A stretch of DNA of 63,570 nt, filler included, from a bacterium (GTDB lineage Bacteria > UBP15 > UBA6099 > JAJRTR01), in assembly GCA_024278215.1 (NCBI GenBank). It is 6 parts of 6 records of this genome, joined end to end, with 100 filler letters (N's around TTAATTAATTAA, not from the genome) between each part and the next. Parts side by side here need not be neighbours in the genome. Positions count along the whole stretch, not along the records: positions 34,517 to 38,636 come from JAJRTR010000049.1; positions 38,737 to 54,739 come from JAJRTR010000050.1; 4 more parts are not named here. One strand, written 5' to 3'. The notes below the pieces were generated by a model that was not told the origin of the DNA, searched no databases, and saw nothing but the letters and a program-made list of their open reading frames with translations. Within the stretch, counting starts at the first letter, position 1; each line of letters opens with the position of its first letter. This document shows positions 37,922 to 46,758 of this stretch, piece after piece. The position numbers were made by a program, and so were the translations under genes.

Positions 37922-37930
37922 ATTATATCA
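37922..37930 (-). promoter_or_regulatory. Extended -10 promoter (TGaTATAAT) of leader copy 2
   Basis: Same motif and position as in copy 1. TTGACG lies further upstream with a short 14-bp spacer. Confidence 0.65.
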
Positions 37931-38181
37931 TAGTAAATGGGCGTCAACACTGTTTTCAAAAAATTTTTCAAGGTATTTGTCGCTGAAGATTACCTCGTCG
38001 ATTTTTAAGGAATCCGAAGGCGTCGGATTGGTGTGGAATACCATTAAGACCGGACATAATTTCCTGTAGCGAAATTGGCATGATTGCAGAGGGTTTTTCC
38101 CCCATGTTTCCCCTTCCTTAAGACACTTCACTATTACATTTACAGACAGCTCCATCGAAGAAGTTTTATGAGCTGTATCTG

Positions 38182-38293
38182 CTGGGCAAGTTTTTCAAAA
38201 ACGCGGGCAAGAATCCTGAAAACGCGGGCAAAAAGCCCCAAAATGCGGGCATGAACCGGGAATCTGCGGGCACGGACTTGTGTAATGCGGGCA
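38182..38293. repeat. Heptamer GCGGGCA array with exact 21-bp period (5 perfect, 1 degenerate)
   Basis: Starts at 38182 (CTGGGCA), 38203, 38224, 38245, 38266 and 38287; 14-bp spacers differ. Confidence 0.9.
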
Positions 38294-38354
38294 AAAACAC
38301 CTTATTTAACCTTGTTTTTTCGCTCGCCGGGCGTTCTGTGAGCATCCTGAAAAA

Positions 38355-38383
38355 AATATAGAAATATTTTCCCCTTTAGTCAA
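38355..38383 (-). promoter_or_regulatory. Sigma70 promoter firing toward the 21-bp array
   Basis: TTGACT-N17-TATATT. Confidence 0.55.
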
Positions 38384-38474
38384 GCCACTTTTAATATTCA
38401 CATCCAAACTTCCACACCGGTCGGCATTGAAATTGTCTATATAACCGGCAAATCTAATAAGGAGGATTTGCCGA

Positions 38475-38636
38475 ATGAACGTTGTCGAACTCCGTTGTAA
38501 CGACCCGAAATGCCAGTGTTCAAAGAAAGGGAAGCTGCTCGTCAAGCTCTATAACTTTCCCGAATCGGCCCGGGCCGAAGATGTGATCGTTGAAGTTCCG
38601 TGTCCCAAGAAGAAATCGAAAGTGGTCGGGTTGAAA
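38475..38636 (+). CDS. Small Com-like zinc-ribbon protein (3' end at contig break)
   Basis: AAGGAGG RBS; ELRC..CQC..KLL...EVPCPK. Confidence 0.55.
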
Positions 38637-38736
38637 NNNNNNNNNNNNNNNNNNNNNNNNNNNNNNNNNNNNNNNNNNNNTTAATTAATTAANNNNNNNN
38701 NNNNNNNNNNNNNNNNNNNNNNNNNNNNNNNNNNNN
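38637..38736. other. Artificial contig linker
   Basis: N/TTAATTAATTAA/N. Confidence 0.98.
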
Positions 38737-38877
38737 GCAATTGTCAACAGCTGCATTGTCGGCACAAAATCTTCCTCGACGTACTCTACAAGTACGCCTG
38801 CGGGGATTTTGCACATCCGCTTTGCTTTAGTCCAATTTCGCTCGACCTCGCTTCGAACATAATTTTGCAACTGGCTC
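38737..38877. mobile_element. MITE family 1, copy F (cut by the contig start)
   Basis: Near-identical to copy B; ends in GGCTC. Confidence 0.85.
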
Positions 38878-39078
38878 AGGCATTCTCCCGATTTTTCACC
38901 CGCATTGGTGGAATATGCGGGATAAACGTGCAGCAGATGGTAGACGCATTGAAACATGGGAAGTATGATAATATAATAGATGGTCCCTTGATACAGGATC
39001 GTGAAAGCCCTTGAAAGAGGGGAAGGGGCGGAAAAGAAAGAGTCGGAAGGAGATCAAACCACAACGGAGATGAGGAAC

Positions 39079-39349
39079 GGGCTGTGCTAGGCGGGGTGTT
39101 AGCGGTACCCTGTACCCGCAATCCGCTACAGCGGGGTTGAATCCCCGGTTGAGGCGCTGTCCTGTTCGGTCTGCCCCCGGTAAGCGGTGTTGAGGACCGG
39201 GCCCTGCGCAAGGAGCGCCCGTGAATCCCGTCAGGGTCGGAAGGCAGCAGCGGTAAGCGGTCACGTTCTTGTGCCGCAGATCAGCATGGTCTGAGCTGGC
39301 TGCCGGGGTAAGCGCGGGTGGGAAGTTGTCGAGGCCGGGTGCACAGTCC
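39079..39349 (+). ncRNA. ffs: Signal recognition particle RNA, long Alu-containing (Bacillus-type) form
   Basis: 5' GGGCTGTGC pairs with 3' GCACAGTCC. Alu region GCTAGGCGGGG..TAGCGGT..AATCCGCT. Helix 8 TCAGG-GTC-GGAA-GGC-AGCAG. Directly upstream of dnaX. Confidence 0.93.
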
Positions 39350-39398
39350 TTTTCTCCTCTCCGCAGGGTTCGTCTTCAAGCGGGAGTCCGTGTTCTCC

Positions 39399-41288
39399 AT
39401 GGCATATATTTCTTTATATAGAAAATACAGGTCACGTGATTTCGACGATCTCGTCGGCCAGGATCACATCACTACAACCCTGAAAAATGCCATTATCCGA
39501 AACAGGATAGGCCACGCATATCTCTTTTCAGGGCCGCGCGGCACAGGCAAGACCAGCACGGCCCGCATCTTCGCTAAAGCGCTCAACTGCCTCAGTTCCG
39601 ACGGCCCCACGCCCAGCCCGTGCAACGAGTGCGACGCCTGCACCGCTATCGCCACGGACAGTATGTTCGACGTGATCGAGATCGACGCCGCCTCCAACCG
39701 CGGCATCGACGACATACGCGATCTGCGCGAGAAGGTCAGGGTACCGCCCGCGCAGGCACGTTACAAAGTCTACATCATCGACGAAGTCCACATGCTCACG
39801 AAAGATGCTTCCAACGGTCTCCTGAAAACACTCGAAGAACCGCCGCCGAAAGTCGTTTTCCTGCTTGCCACCACCGAGCCGCAAAAACTGCTTAGCACTA
39901 TTCTCTCGCGCTGCCAGCGCTACGATTTCCGACGCCTCACCGACAGCGAAATCGCCGGCCACCTGACAAATATCGCTTCCCGGGAAGGTTTTACCATCGA
40001 GGACGAGGCGCTGAATACTATCGTCAAGGCCGCCGACGGCTCGATGCGCGATTCCATCAGCCTGCTCGACCAGCTCGTCTCTTTCAGCGACGGACAGGTG
40101 CTCGCCAAAGATGTCAACGAAGTATTCGGTCTCGTCGAAAAGAAGGAAATCGGCAACTTCATGAACGCTGTCTTCAGCGGCGACACCGCGACGACCTTCT
40201 CGCTTTTCAACGGCTTCTTCCAGGCAGGCAAAAGCTTCAGTCTTTTCATTCGTCTCCTGCTCGAATACATCCGTGACCTTTACCTTATCAAACAAAAAAT
40301 CAAACCATCATCGACAACATATACCGATAGTGATATCAAGGTTCTGCGCAGACAGGCCGGAGCGGTTTCGAGGGGGGCGCTGGTCGCGATGCTCGACGAA
40401 CTCGCCCGCGTCGAGGACCGCATCAGGTGGGAAACTTACCCGCGCATCATTCTCGAGGTAATGGTCGTGAAACTTCTCGATATGGTCGCTGGCCCAGGTC
40501 TCATCGGCGATGTCGCCCCCGGCACGACCACAGATGTAAAAGATACCGCCGTTCCGCCCACGCCGGCTGGAAAAAAAACCACGCCATCACCCGCTCCCGC
40601 CCGGAAACCGGCGCCAGAGCCGAAACCCGAGTCCCCCGCGCCGGCTCCGGCAAAGGCACCGACACCCCCTGCACGGCAGGATGAGCCGGACTTTTCCGAA
40701 GAGCCCCTTCCTCCCGAACCGAAACCCGCACCCGCGCCGCCGAAAACATCCGGCGGCGACCCGCGCATGATGCCGGTTCCCGACATAAACGACGATCAGT
40801 TCCCGCCTGTCGAGGACGACGACTTCATCTTCGAGGACGTCGACGACCCGGACCTCAATAACATTCGCAAGAACTGGAAAAACATTCTCTCTGAAGTCAG
40901 AGGCATCAATCTCACAGCTTATTTTCAATTGAAGAAGGGTGTTCCCGCAACACTCGACGACGGGATGGTCGCGCTCGTATTTGATCCGCGGCATGAGTTC
41001 CAGAGAATAAAATCGCTTGACGCTCAAAATGCGAAATCACTCGAGAAGGCTATGGATAAGGTGCTCGGGACCGACTACAGAATAAACGTGGTATCGAGTG
41101 CCGACAAAGATAAAAAGAAACCAGTTGAGAGCGGCGGCGGACTGGAACTCGAGGTTCAGAAAACAGAATCCGGGCCCGAAAAGCCGCCGGTAAAAACTGA
41201 AGAGAATAAAAAGAAGAAAAAATCCGGAGGGCCGCATCTCGCCGACCTTTTCGAAGAGATTTTTCCGGACAGCAAGGAAATAAGTTGA
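39399..41288 (+). CDS. dnaX: DNA polymerase III subunit tau/gamma
   Basis: LYRKYR, GPRGTGKT, EIDAASN, IIDEVHML, SRCQ; Pro-rich linker. Confidence 0.97.
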   Translation: MAYISLYRKYRSRDFDDLVGQDHITTTLKNAIIRNRIGHAYLFSGPRGTGKTSTARIFAKALNCLSSDGPTPSPCNECDACTAIATDSMFDVIEIDAASNRGIDDIRDLREKVRVPPAQARYKVYIIDEVHMLTKDASNGLLKTLEEPPPKVVFLLATTEPQKLLSTILSRCQRYDFRRLTDSEIAGHLTNIASREGFTIEDEALNTIVKAADGSMRDSISLLDQLVSFSDGQVLAKDVNEVFGLVEKKEIGNFMNAVFSGDTATTFSLFNGFFQAGKSFSLFIRLLLEYIRDLYLIKQKIKPSSTTYTDSDIKVLRRQAGAVSRGALVAMLDELARVEDRIRWETYPRIILEVMVVKLLDMVAGPGLIGDVAPGTTTDVKDTAVPPTPAGKKTTPSPAPARKPAPEPKPESPAPAPAKAPTPPARQDEPDFSEEPLPPEPKPAPAPPKTSGGDPRMMPVPDINDDQFPPVEDDDFIFEDVDDPDLNNIRKNWKNILSEVRGINLTAYFQLKKGVPATLDDGMVALVFDPRHEFQRIKSLDAQNAKSLEKAMDKVLGTDYRINVVSSADKDKKKPVESGGGLELEVQKTESGPEKPPVKTEENKKKKKSGGPHLADLFEEIFPDSKEIS

Positions 41289-41309
41289 ATATTTTAGGGG
41301 GACAACAAT

Positions 41310-41636
41310 ATGTCTTTTAATATGCAGAACATGGGCAGCATGATGAAAAAAATGCAGGATGACATGGCCCGAATACAGAAGGAACTCGAAGAAGCGAAGA
41401 TTACCGGGGCCGACCCGAGCGGCAAAGTCGTCTGTACGGTGAACGGACAGCGGGATGTGCATGAAATAAAGATCGACCCGTCGGTCGTGGACCCGGACGA
41501 CATGGAGATGCTCGAAGACCTCGTGCTTTACGCGGTCAGGGACGCGATGAAAAAAGCGGAGGCGTTCTCGACCGAGAAGATGGGCGCACTCACGAAAGGC
41601 CTGCCGAATATTCCCGGACTCCAGATGCCGTTCTGA
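41310..41636 (+). CDS. ybaB: YbaB/EbfC nucleoid-associated protein
   Basis: KIDPSVVDPDDMEMLEDLV; located between dnaX and recR. Confidence 0.93.
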   Translation: MSFNMQNMGSMMKKMQDDMARIQKELEEAKITGADPSGKVVCTVNGQRDVHEIKIDPSVVDPDDMEMLEDLVLYAVRDAMKKAEAFSTEKMGALTKGLPNIPGLQMPF

Positions 41637-41731
41637 TGTAAATTCATGGATGTTTCCGCCAATTTCACCGCCCGTTTCGTCACCGGCAAACGGTTGCCGT
41701 GCTTAATTGGTGTAAACGAGACTGATAATAA

Positions 41732-42331
41732 ATGAACCGCCCACGCTCACTTGCAACACTTATAGAAGCGCTCCAGAAGTTTCCGGGAGTCGGACCGCGC
41801 ACGGCGCAACGCATGGCTGACGCCGTGCTCTCGATGGACTATGAGGCAGCCCGTGAAATATCACGCGCCGTGCTCCGCGTCAAGAAGACAATTGTCAACT
41901 GTTCCGTATGCGGAATTCACACCGAGCGCGACCCCTGCGATATATGCGACAATGCCGCGAGAGACCGGGGCTTTATTTGCGTGGTGGAGGAAGACGAAGA
42001 CGTGTTTGCGTTCGAGCGTTCGGGCGCGCATCCGGGAGTGTATCATGTGCTTGGCGGCGTGATAAAAGCAAACAAAGGCGTAGGCCCTGATAAATTGCGC
42101 ATCGGGCAGCTGGCCGAGCGGGTTCGCGAGGGCGGCGTGCGGGAAATCCTGATCGCGACCGACCCCAGCCTTTACGGCGAAACGACCGCGGCTTATATTA
42201 TTGAGTTGCTGAAAGACACCGGAATAATAATGACAAGACCCGCAAGAGGCATTCCCACCGGGGCAGACCTCGATTATCTCGACAGCGAGACTCTTTCACA
42301 TGCTTACACGGAAAGAAAGGAGATAATGTGA
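41732..42331 (+). CDS. recR: Recombination mediator RecR
   Basis: PGVGPRTAQR, CSVC..PCDIC, ICVVE, YHVLGG, GETTA, GIPTG. Confidence 0.95.
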   Translation: MNRPRSLATLIEALQKFPGVGPRTAQRMADAVLSMDYEAAREISRAVLRVKKTIVNCSVCGIHTERDPCDICDNAARDRGFICVVEEDEDVFAFERSGAHPGVYHVLGGVIKANKGVGPDKLRIGQLAERVREGGVREILIATDPSLYGETTAAYIIELLKDTGIIMTRPARGIPTGADLDYLDSETLSHAYTERKEIM

Positions 42332-42402
42332 TTCGTTTTAACGACAGAACACAGCAATCGGCTTGCAGCAAATAACAAATATGAAGAGAGAAGGTAAATA
42401 AC

Positions 42403-42900
42403 ATGATTTTACAGGCACAGAGAGTAGGCGTTTTTGTAGATGTGCAGAACCTGTTTTATTCCGCGAAATATCAGCACCACATGAAAGTGGATTTCCAGAA
42501 ACTGCTGGCGCTATGCCTCAACGAACGTCAGTTGATACGTGCGCTTACATATATTGTCCAGACGCCCGACATCGACCAGTCGAGCTTCATCAATTTCCTG
42601 TCGAGCATCGGCTACGAGGTCAAATCGAAAACGCTGCGCGTGCGGCCCGACGGAACAGCGAAGGGCGATTGGGACATGGGTATCGCCATCGACACCATCG
42701 CCATGGCGGACCGGCTGGATGTCGTTGTGCTCGTATCCGGCGACGGCGACTTTGTCGATCTCGTGGACATGCTCAAGGCTCGCGGCGTTATTGTCGAGAT
42801 TGTTTCTTTCCCCAACAACACAGCGGAAGACCTCAAGCTCGCCGCCACTCTCTACATGCCTCTTGACCGCAGCATTCTCATCAAGGGCTCGAAGGCGTAG
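42403..42900 (+). CDS. NYN (LabA/DUF88) domain protein
   Basis: FVDVQN, KGDWDMGIAID, VSGDGDF. Confidence 0.9.
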   Translation: MILQAQRVGVFVDVQNLFYSAKYQHHMKVDFQKLLALCLNERQLIRALTYIVQTPDIDQSSFINFLSSIGYEVKSKTLRVRPDGTAKGDWDMGIAIDTIAMADRLDVVVLVSGDGDFVDLVDMLKARGVIVEIVSFPNNTAEDLKLAATLYMPLDRSILIKGSKA

Positions 42901-43074
42901 AGAAAATTTCATAATATCGCAGCCGTTAACCGATGTTTTTTCTGTAAAGAAACCGAAACCGTGTAAGTTTTTGTTCCGAACTATATTGACAATACAGCGG
43001 CTGTGTAATTTAATATAAAAGTATAAAAACTCTGAACAGACAAACACATAAAACAACAATGGGGGTAAAGAAGA

Positions 43075-44058
43075 ATGAAAAAAACAGTTATCCTGGGATT
43101 AGTGTTGGTATTTGCAATCGCGGGGCTGGCCTGTGAATCGGCGCGCGCGTCGGACACGGCGGCAATGATTATAAAAGTCACAGGAAATGTCAAGGTGCAG
43201 CGCGGTGCCAAACAAAAAGCCATCAAATCGAAGTTCCCGCTTAAAATGGGCGACAAAGTGCTTGTGGCGGACGGCTCGTCGGCGCTGATACTGTTTTCGA
43301 ACGGCAAGAAGATTACAGCCACAACCGACCTGGAGATTAATGAAGCGGCGATGAAGATAGAAGGTAAGGAAGTGAGTGCAGTGGCGGGTGCGTCGAGTAT
43401 GCTGATGAAATCAGTGGCCGGCGGCGACAAGAACGCGGACCTGAAGGCGAAGGGCGGTGTCGGCGGCGCGGTGCGCGCGGCGGCGAAGACAGAGGTGCAG
43501 CTTCTTTCATACCTTAACACCAGCACGCTGAACACACGTCCTGTATTCGCATGGGAGCCTTCGGCGAAAGCGGACAGCAGTAAAGTCACTCTCATGGACG
43601 AGGACGGCGAAGAACTGTGGTCGGGAAAAACAGCGGATAAGCTTATCGCCTATCCTGACGATATGGACCCGCTCGAGCCGGGCATGGAATACACTTATGA
43701 AGTAAAATCGGTAATCGACGGCGATGAGATCGAAGCGGCCTCGACGTTCTACATTCTCGACGAGGACGAAGCGGCGGAGGTCAAAAAAGCTGTTGATGCC
43801 ATTAAGAAACAGTATGCAAAAGATGACGATGTGATAATCCAGCACATGTTGCTCGCGCAGTATTATAAGGAAAAAGAATTATACATGGACGCTATCGACG
43901 AGCTGAAAAGTCTCGTGGCGCTCGACGAATACGATGTCGCTTCCAGGATGGCGCTTGCGGATATCTACGACACGGTCGGTAACAAGGGCGCGTTCAAGGC
44001 CGAGATAGCGAAGGTCGAGGAAATCGAGAAAGAGATCGGCGACCCAACAGCTTTTTAG
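43075..44058 (+). CDS. Secreted FecR-like/DUF928/TPR protein
   Basis: Signal peptide; V.GNVKV..L..GD...DGSSALILFSNG; RPVFAW...LEPGMEYTY; C-terminal TPR. Confidence 0.65.
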   Translation: MKKTVILGLVLVFAIAGLACESARASDTAAMIIKVTGNVKVQRGAKQKAIKSKFPLKMGDKVLVADGSSALILFSNGKKITATTDLEINEAAMKIEGKEVSAVAGASSMLMKSVAGGDKNADLKAKGGVGGAVRAAAKTEVQLLSYLNTSTLNTRPVFAWEPSAKADSSKVTLMDEDGEELWSGKTADKLIAYPDDMDPLEPGMEYTYEVKSVIDGDEIEAASTFYILDEDEAAEVKKAVDAIKKQYAKDDDVIIQHMLLAQYYKEKELYMDAIDELKSLVALDEYDVASRMALADIYDTVGNKGAFKAEIAKVEEIEKEIGDPTAF

Positions 44059-44079
44059 TACATTAGTTTGCGAGGTTAC

Positions 44080-44114
44080 ACCCGGGCAGTTCTTTCAGCG
44101 AATTGCCCGGGTTT
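44080..44114 (+). terminator. Intrinsic terminator-like hairpin
   Basis: ACCCGGGCAGTTC...GAATTGCCCGGGT-TT. Confidence 0.6.
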
Positions 44115-44206
44115 GATCGTTTATAGGGGATCATTCGAAAAAGAGTTTTTTTCTACGCCGGGTAAAAAATCATACAAAACAGAAAACCGGCAGCATTACA
44201 CAACAG

Positions 44207-44265
44207 GTAACACTTTAGACATCTGAAGCAAAGTCGTGGAATTCTTCACTTGGCTAAAGTGTTAC
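44207..44265. mobile_element. MITE family 2 (59 bp) with target duplication
   Basis: TIR GTAACACTTTAG/CTAAAGTGTTAC flanked by the direct repeat CACAACAG. A related left half occurs at 21077-21117. Confidence 0.75.
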
Positions 44266-44292
44266 CACAACAGGGATTTTGAGGAGTCGCAC

Positions 44293-46703
44293 ATGAAAAT
44301 CGTCAAGAATTTTGTTGTTCCCGTTATTCTCATTTCTCTTGCCGCGTCGGGAATCATATTCCTGCTTTTTAAGATGGGCACATTCGACGCGCTCGAGCTC
44401 AAGACACTCGATTTGCGTTTTATCACACGCGGCGAACGTGAGTATAAGAACGAAAACGCGCGCGACGTGGTGAAAATCGTCGGGATAGACGCGAAAAGTA
44501 TCGAGGAAGTGGGGCGGTGGCCGTGGCCGCGCGGCGTGATCGGAGAACTTGTCTACGGCATTTGCGGCGACGGGGGTATGGGTGTCGGTTCCGATTCTGA
44601 TGCTGGTTGGGAAGACGCGGGAGATGACGAAGGTTGGGAAGACGCTCCGGACGACGAGGGCTGGGAGGACGTGCCCGGTGAGGAGTCTGTGGAAACAGGT
44701 GATGCTGCCGGTACGGCTGACGATAACGGCACGGCGCAGGCTGAAGAGGAGTCCACTGAGACCGCGAAACCTATCGGGAAACACAGGGTTGCGGGCATTG
44801 ACATTCTTTTCGACCGCGCTGAGCGCGACTACAGCAAATACCTGTACCGCAAAGGTTCCATGATGGACCCCGCCCAGCAGGATGCGATGGCTGTCGAAGC
44901 GCTGGATCTCTGCGATTCCGTTGTCCAGATTTCGCTTTTGAAATGGGCAGATGAAGGTGTCAACGTCGGTCGCGGCGACCGGAGCGCGGAACATGTTATG
45001 AACGGGGCAAAAGTTATTTATAATACGCCGCTGCCGAATTTTCGGACTCCGAATTCATCATTGGGCACCGCGAATATGCAGCCCAGCAGATTCGACGAGC
45101 GCGTCCGCAAAGCGCGTATGTATTATAAGTTTGATAATGAAGAAGGATATATATATCCATTCGCGCTGGCGTCACTGGCGTCGTTCCTTGGGGTCGACCA
45201 GAAAGATATAATCGTCAGGGAAGGCAAATACGTCAGGGTCGGCGAATATACGATTCCCGTCGATAAAAACGGCGACATATACATCAATTACCGTGGCAAG
45301 GAATACGAGCCGGATAAGGACGGTAACGTCAATAAGGACAACATACTTTCAGCGCTCGATGTGATGCAGACGCCTGAGATGATACCGATGATGATGCAGG
45401 GCAATTACATTTTCCTTGTCGGCGTGACGGACCCGGACATAAAGGATATTTTTTACACGCCGTTCGCGCAGGCGCAATCGACATATCCGAACAATGCTAT
45501 TCTCAACGGGATCGAGATACACAAAGCGATAATCGACACGATTCTCCAGGGCGATTATCTTCACGACGTATCGCCCGCTACAGTGTTTATATTTATTTTC
45601 GCGGCGGCGGCGGTCGTCACAATTCTTACGCTGATCCGCCTGTGGCTCGGCGCGCTCGGCATGGTCGCGATCGGTGCGGCGCACTTCTATTACGCTGTCA
45701 CGGCTTTCAATTCGTCGGGAGCGATCTACCCGGTATTCTCGGTGATTATTGTGCTGCCGGTCTGTTCGCTGCGACGATTTTCTATCGCAATTTCGTCGTC
45801 GACAAAGAGAAAAACCGTGTTAAAAAAGCGTTCGGAAGTTATGTCGCGCCGCACGTGCTCGCCGAACTGATGGACAACCCGGACAACCTGCAACTCGGCG
45901 GAAACCGCAGCAAGGTTTCGGTGCTGTTCTCCGACATACGCGGCTTCACCACAATCAGCGAAAACCTCGAACCCGATACGCTCATCCAGGGTCTGAACCA
46001 CTACCTTGAAAAGATGACGAACCTTGTGCTGGACAACTCGGGCATGATCGACAAGTTCATCGGCGACGCCGTCATGGCTATATGGGGCGCGCCTGTCGCA
46101 CACGAGGAAGATGCTAAGAAAGCGGTTGCTTCTGCTGTAAAAATGGAGATCGTGCTGAATGAAATCAGGCCGCGCGTGCTCGATCTCTGGAACAACAAAG
46201 AGGGACTGGACATCCGGATAGGGGTAGGCATAAACACCGGCATAGCCACGCTTGGCAACATCGGCTCGGCGGGCAAACTCGACTACACTGTCATCGGTGA
46301 CACGGTCAATCTCGCCTCACGGCTCGAAGGTCTCACCAAGCAATACGGCGCTTTCACCATTATCAGCGAAACTACTTATGAAGAGGTGAAAGACGAGTTC
46401 GACTGCTGTCTGCTGGACAAAGTCATGGTCAAAGGGAAGGTGCTTCCTGTCGGTATCTACCAGGTATTCTGCGAGAAGGGCCGCCTGCCGGACGTGACGA
46501 GAAAGATGATCGAGCAGTTCGAGAGCGGCATGAATTATTACCTTGATAAAGAATGGGAAAAAGCGATTGTTTCATTTAAGAAATCGCTGGCTGTCGTCGA
46601 CGGACACAAGGCGTCGCTGCTGTACATCGACAGGTGCGGCCACTACGCGGAGAACCCGCCGCCCGACGACTGGGACGGATCGTTCGCCTGGAAGACGAAA
46701 TAG
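44293..46703 (+). pseudogene. CHASE2-domain class III adenylate/guanylate cyclase, split by a frameshift near 45750
   Basis: Frame 1: GRWPWPR, GIDILF, GIEIH and TM helices. Frame 2 continues GLFAATIFY..AFGSYV, LFSDIRGFT, DKFIGDAVMA, GDTVNLASRLE, WDG. Confidence 0.85.
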
Positions 46704-46758
46704 AGTGCGGGCAGTTACAAATTTTTCAACAGGCTCTGACGGGCAGAGGTGGATAAGT

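Noticed and set aside
38182-38293. Repeat-spacer array as a CRISPR
   Set aside because: The 7-bp repeat and 14-bp spacers are far too short, and there is no cas operon. The PD-(D/E)XK gene is a solo nuclease on another contig.
38980-39078. GGA-rich purine tract upstream of the SRP RNA as a CsrB-like sRNA
   Set aside because: The GGA motifs are not consistently in hairpin loops; more simply an SRP precursor leader.
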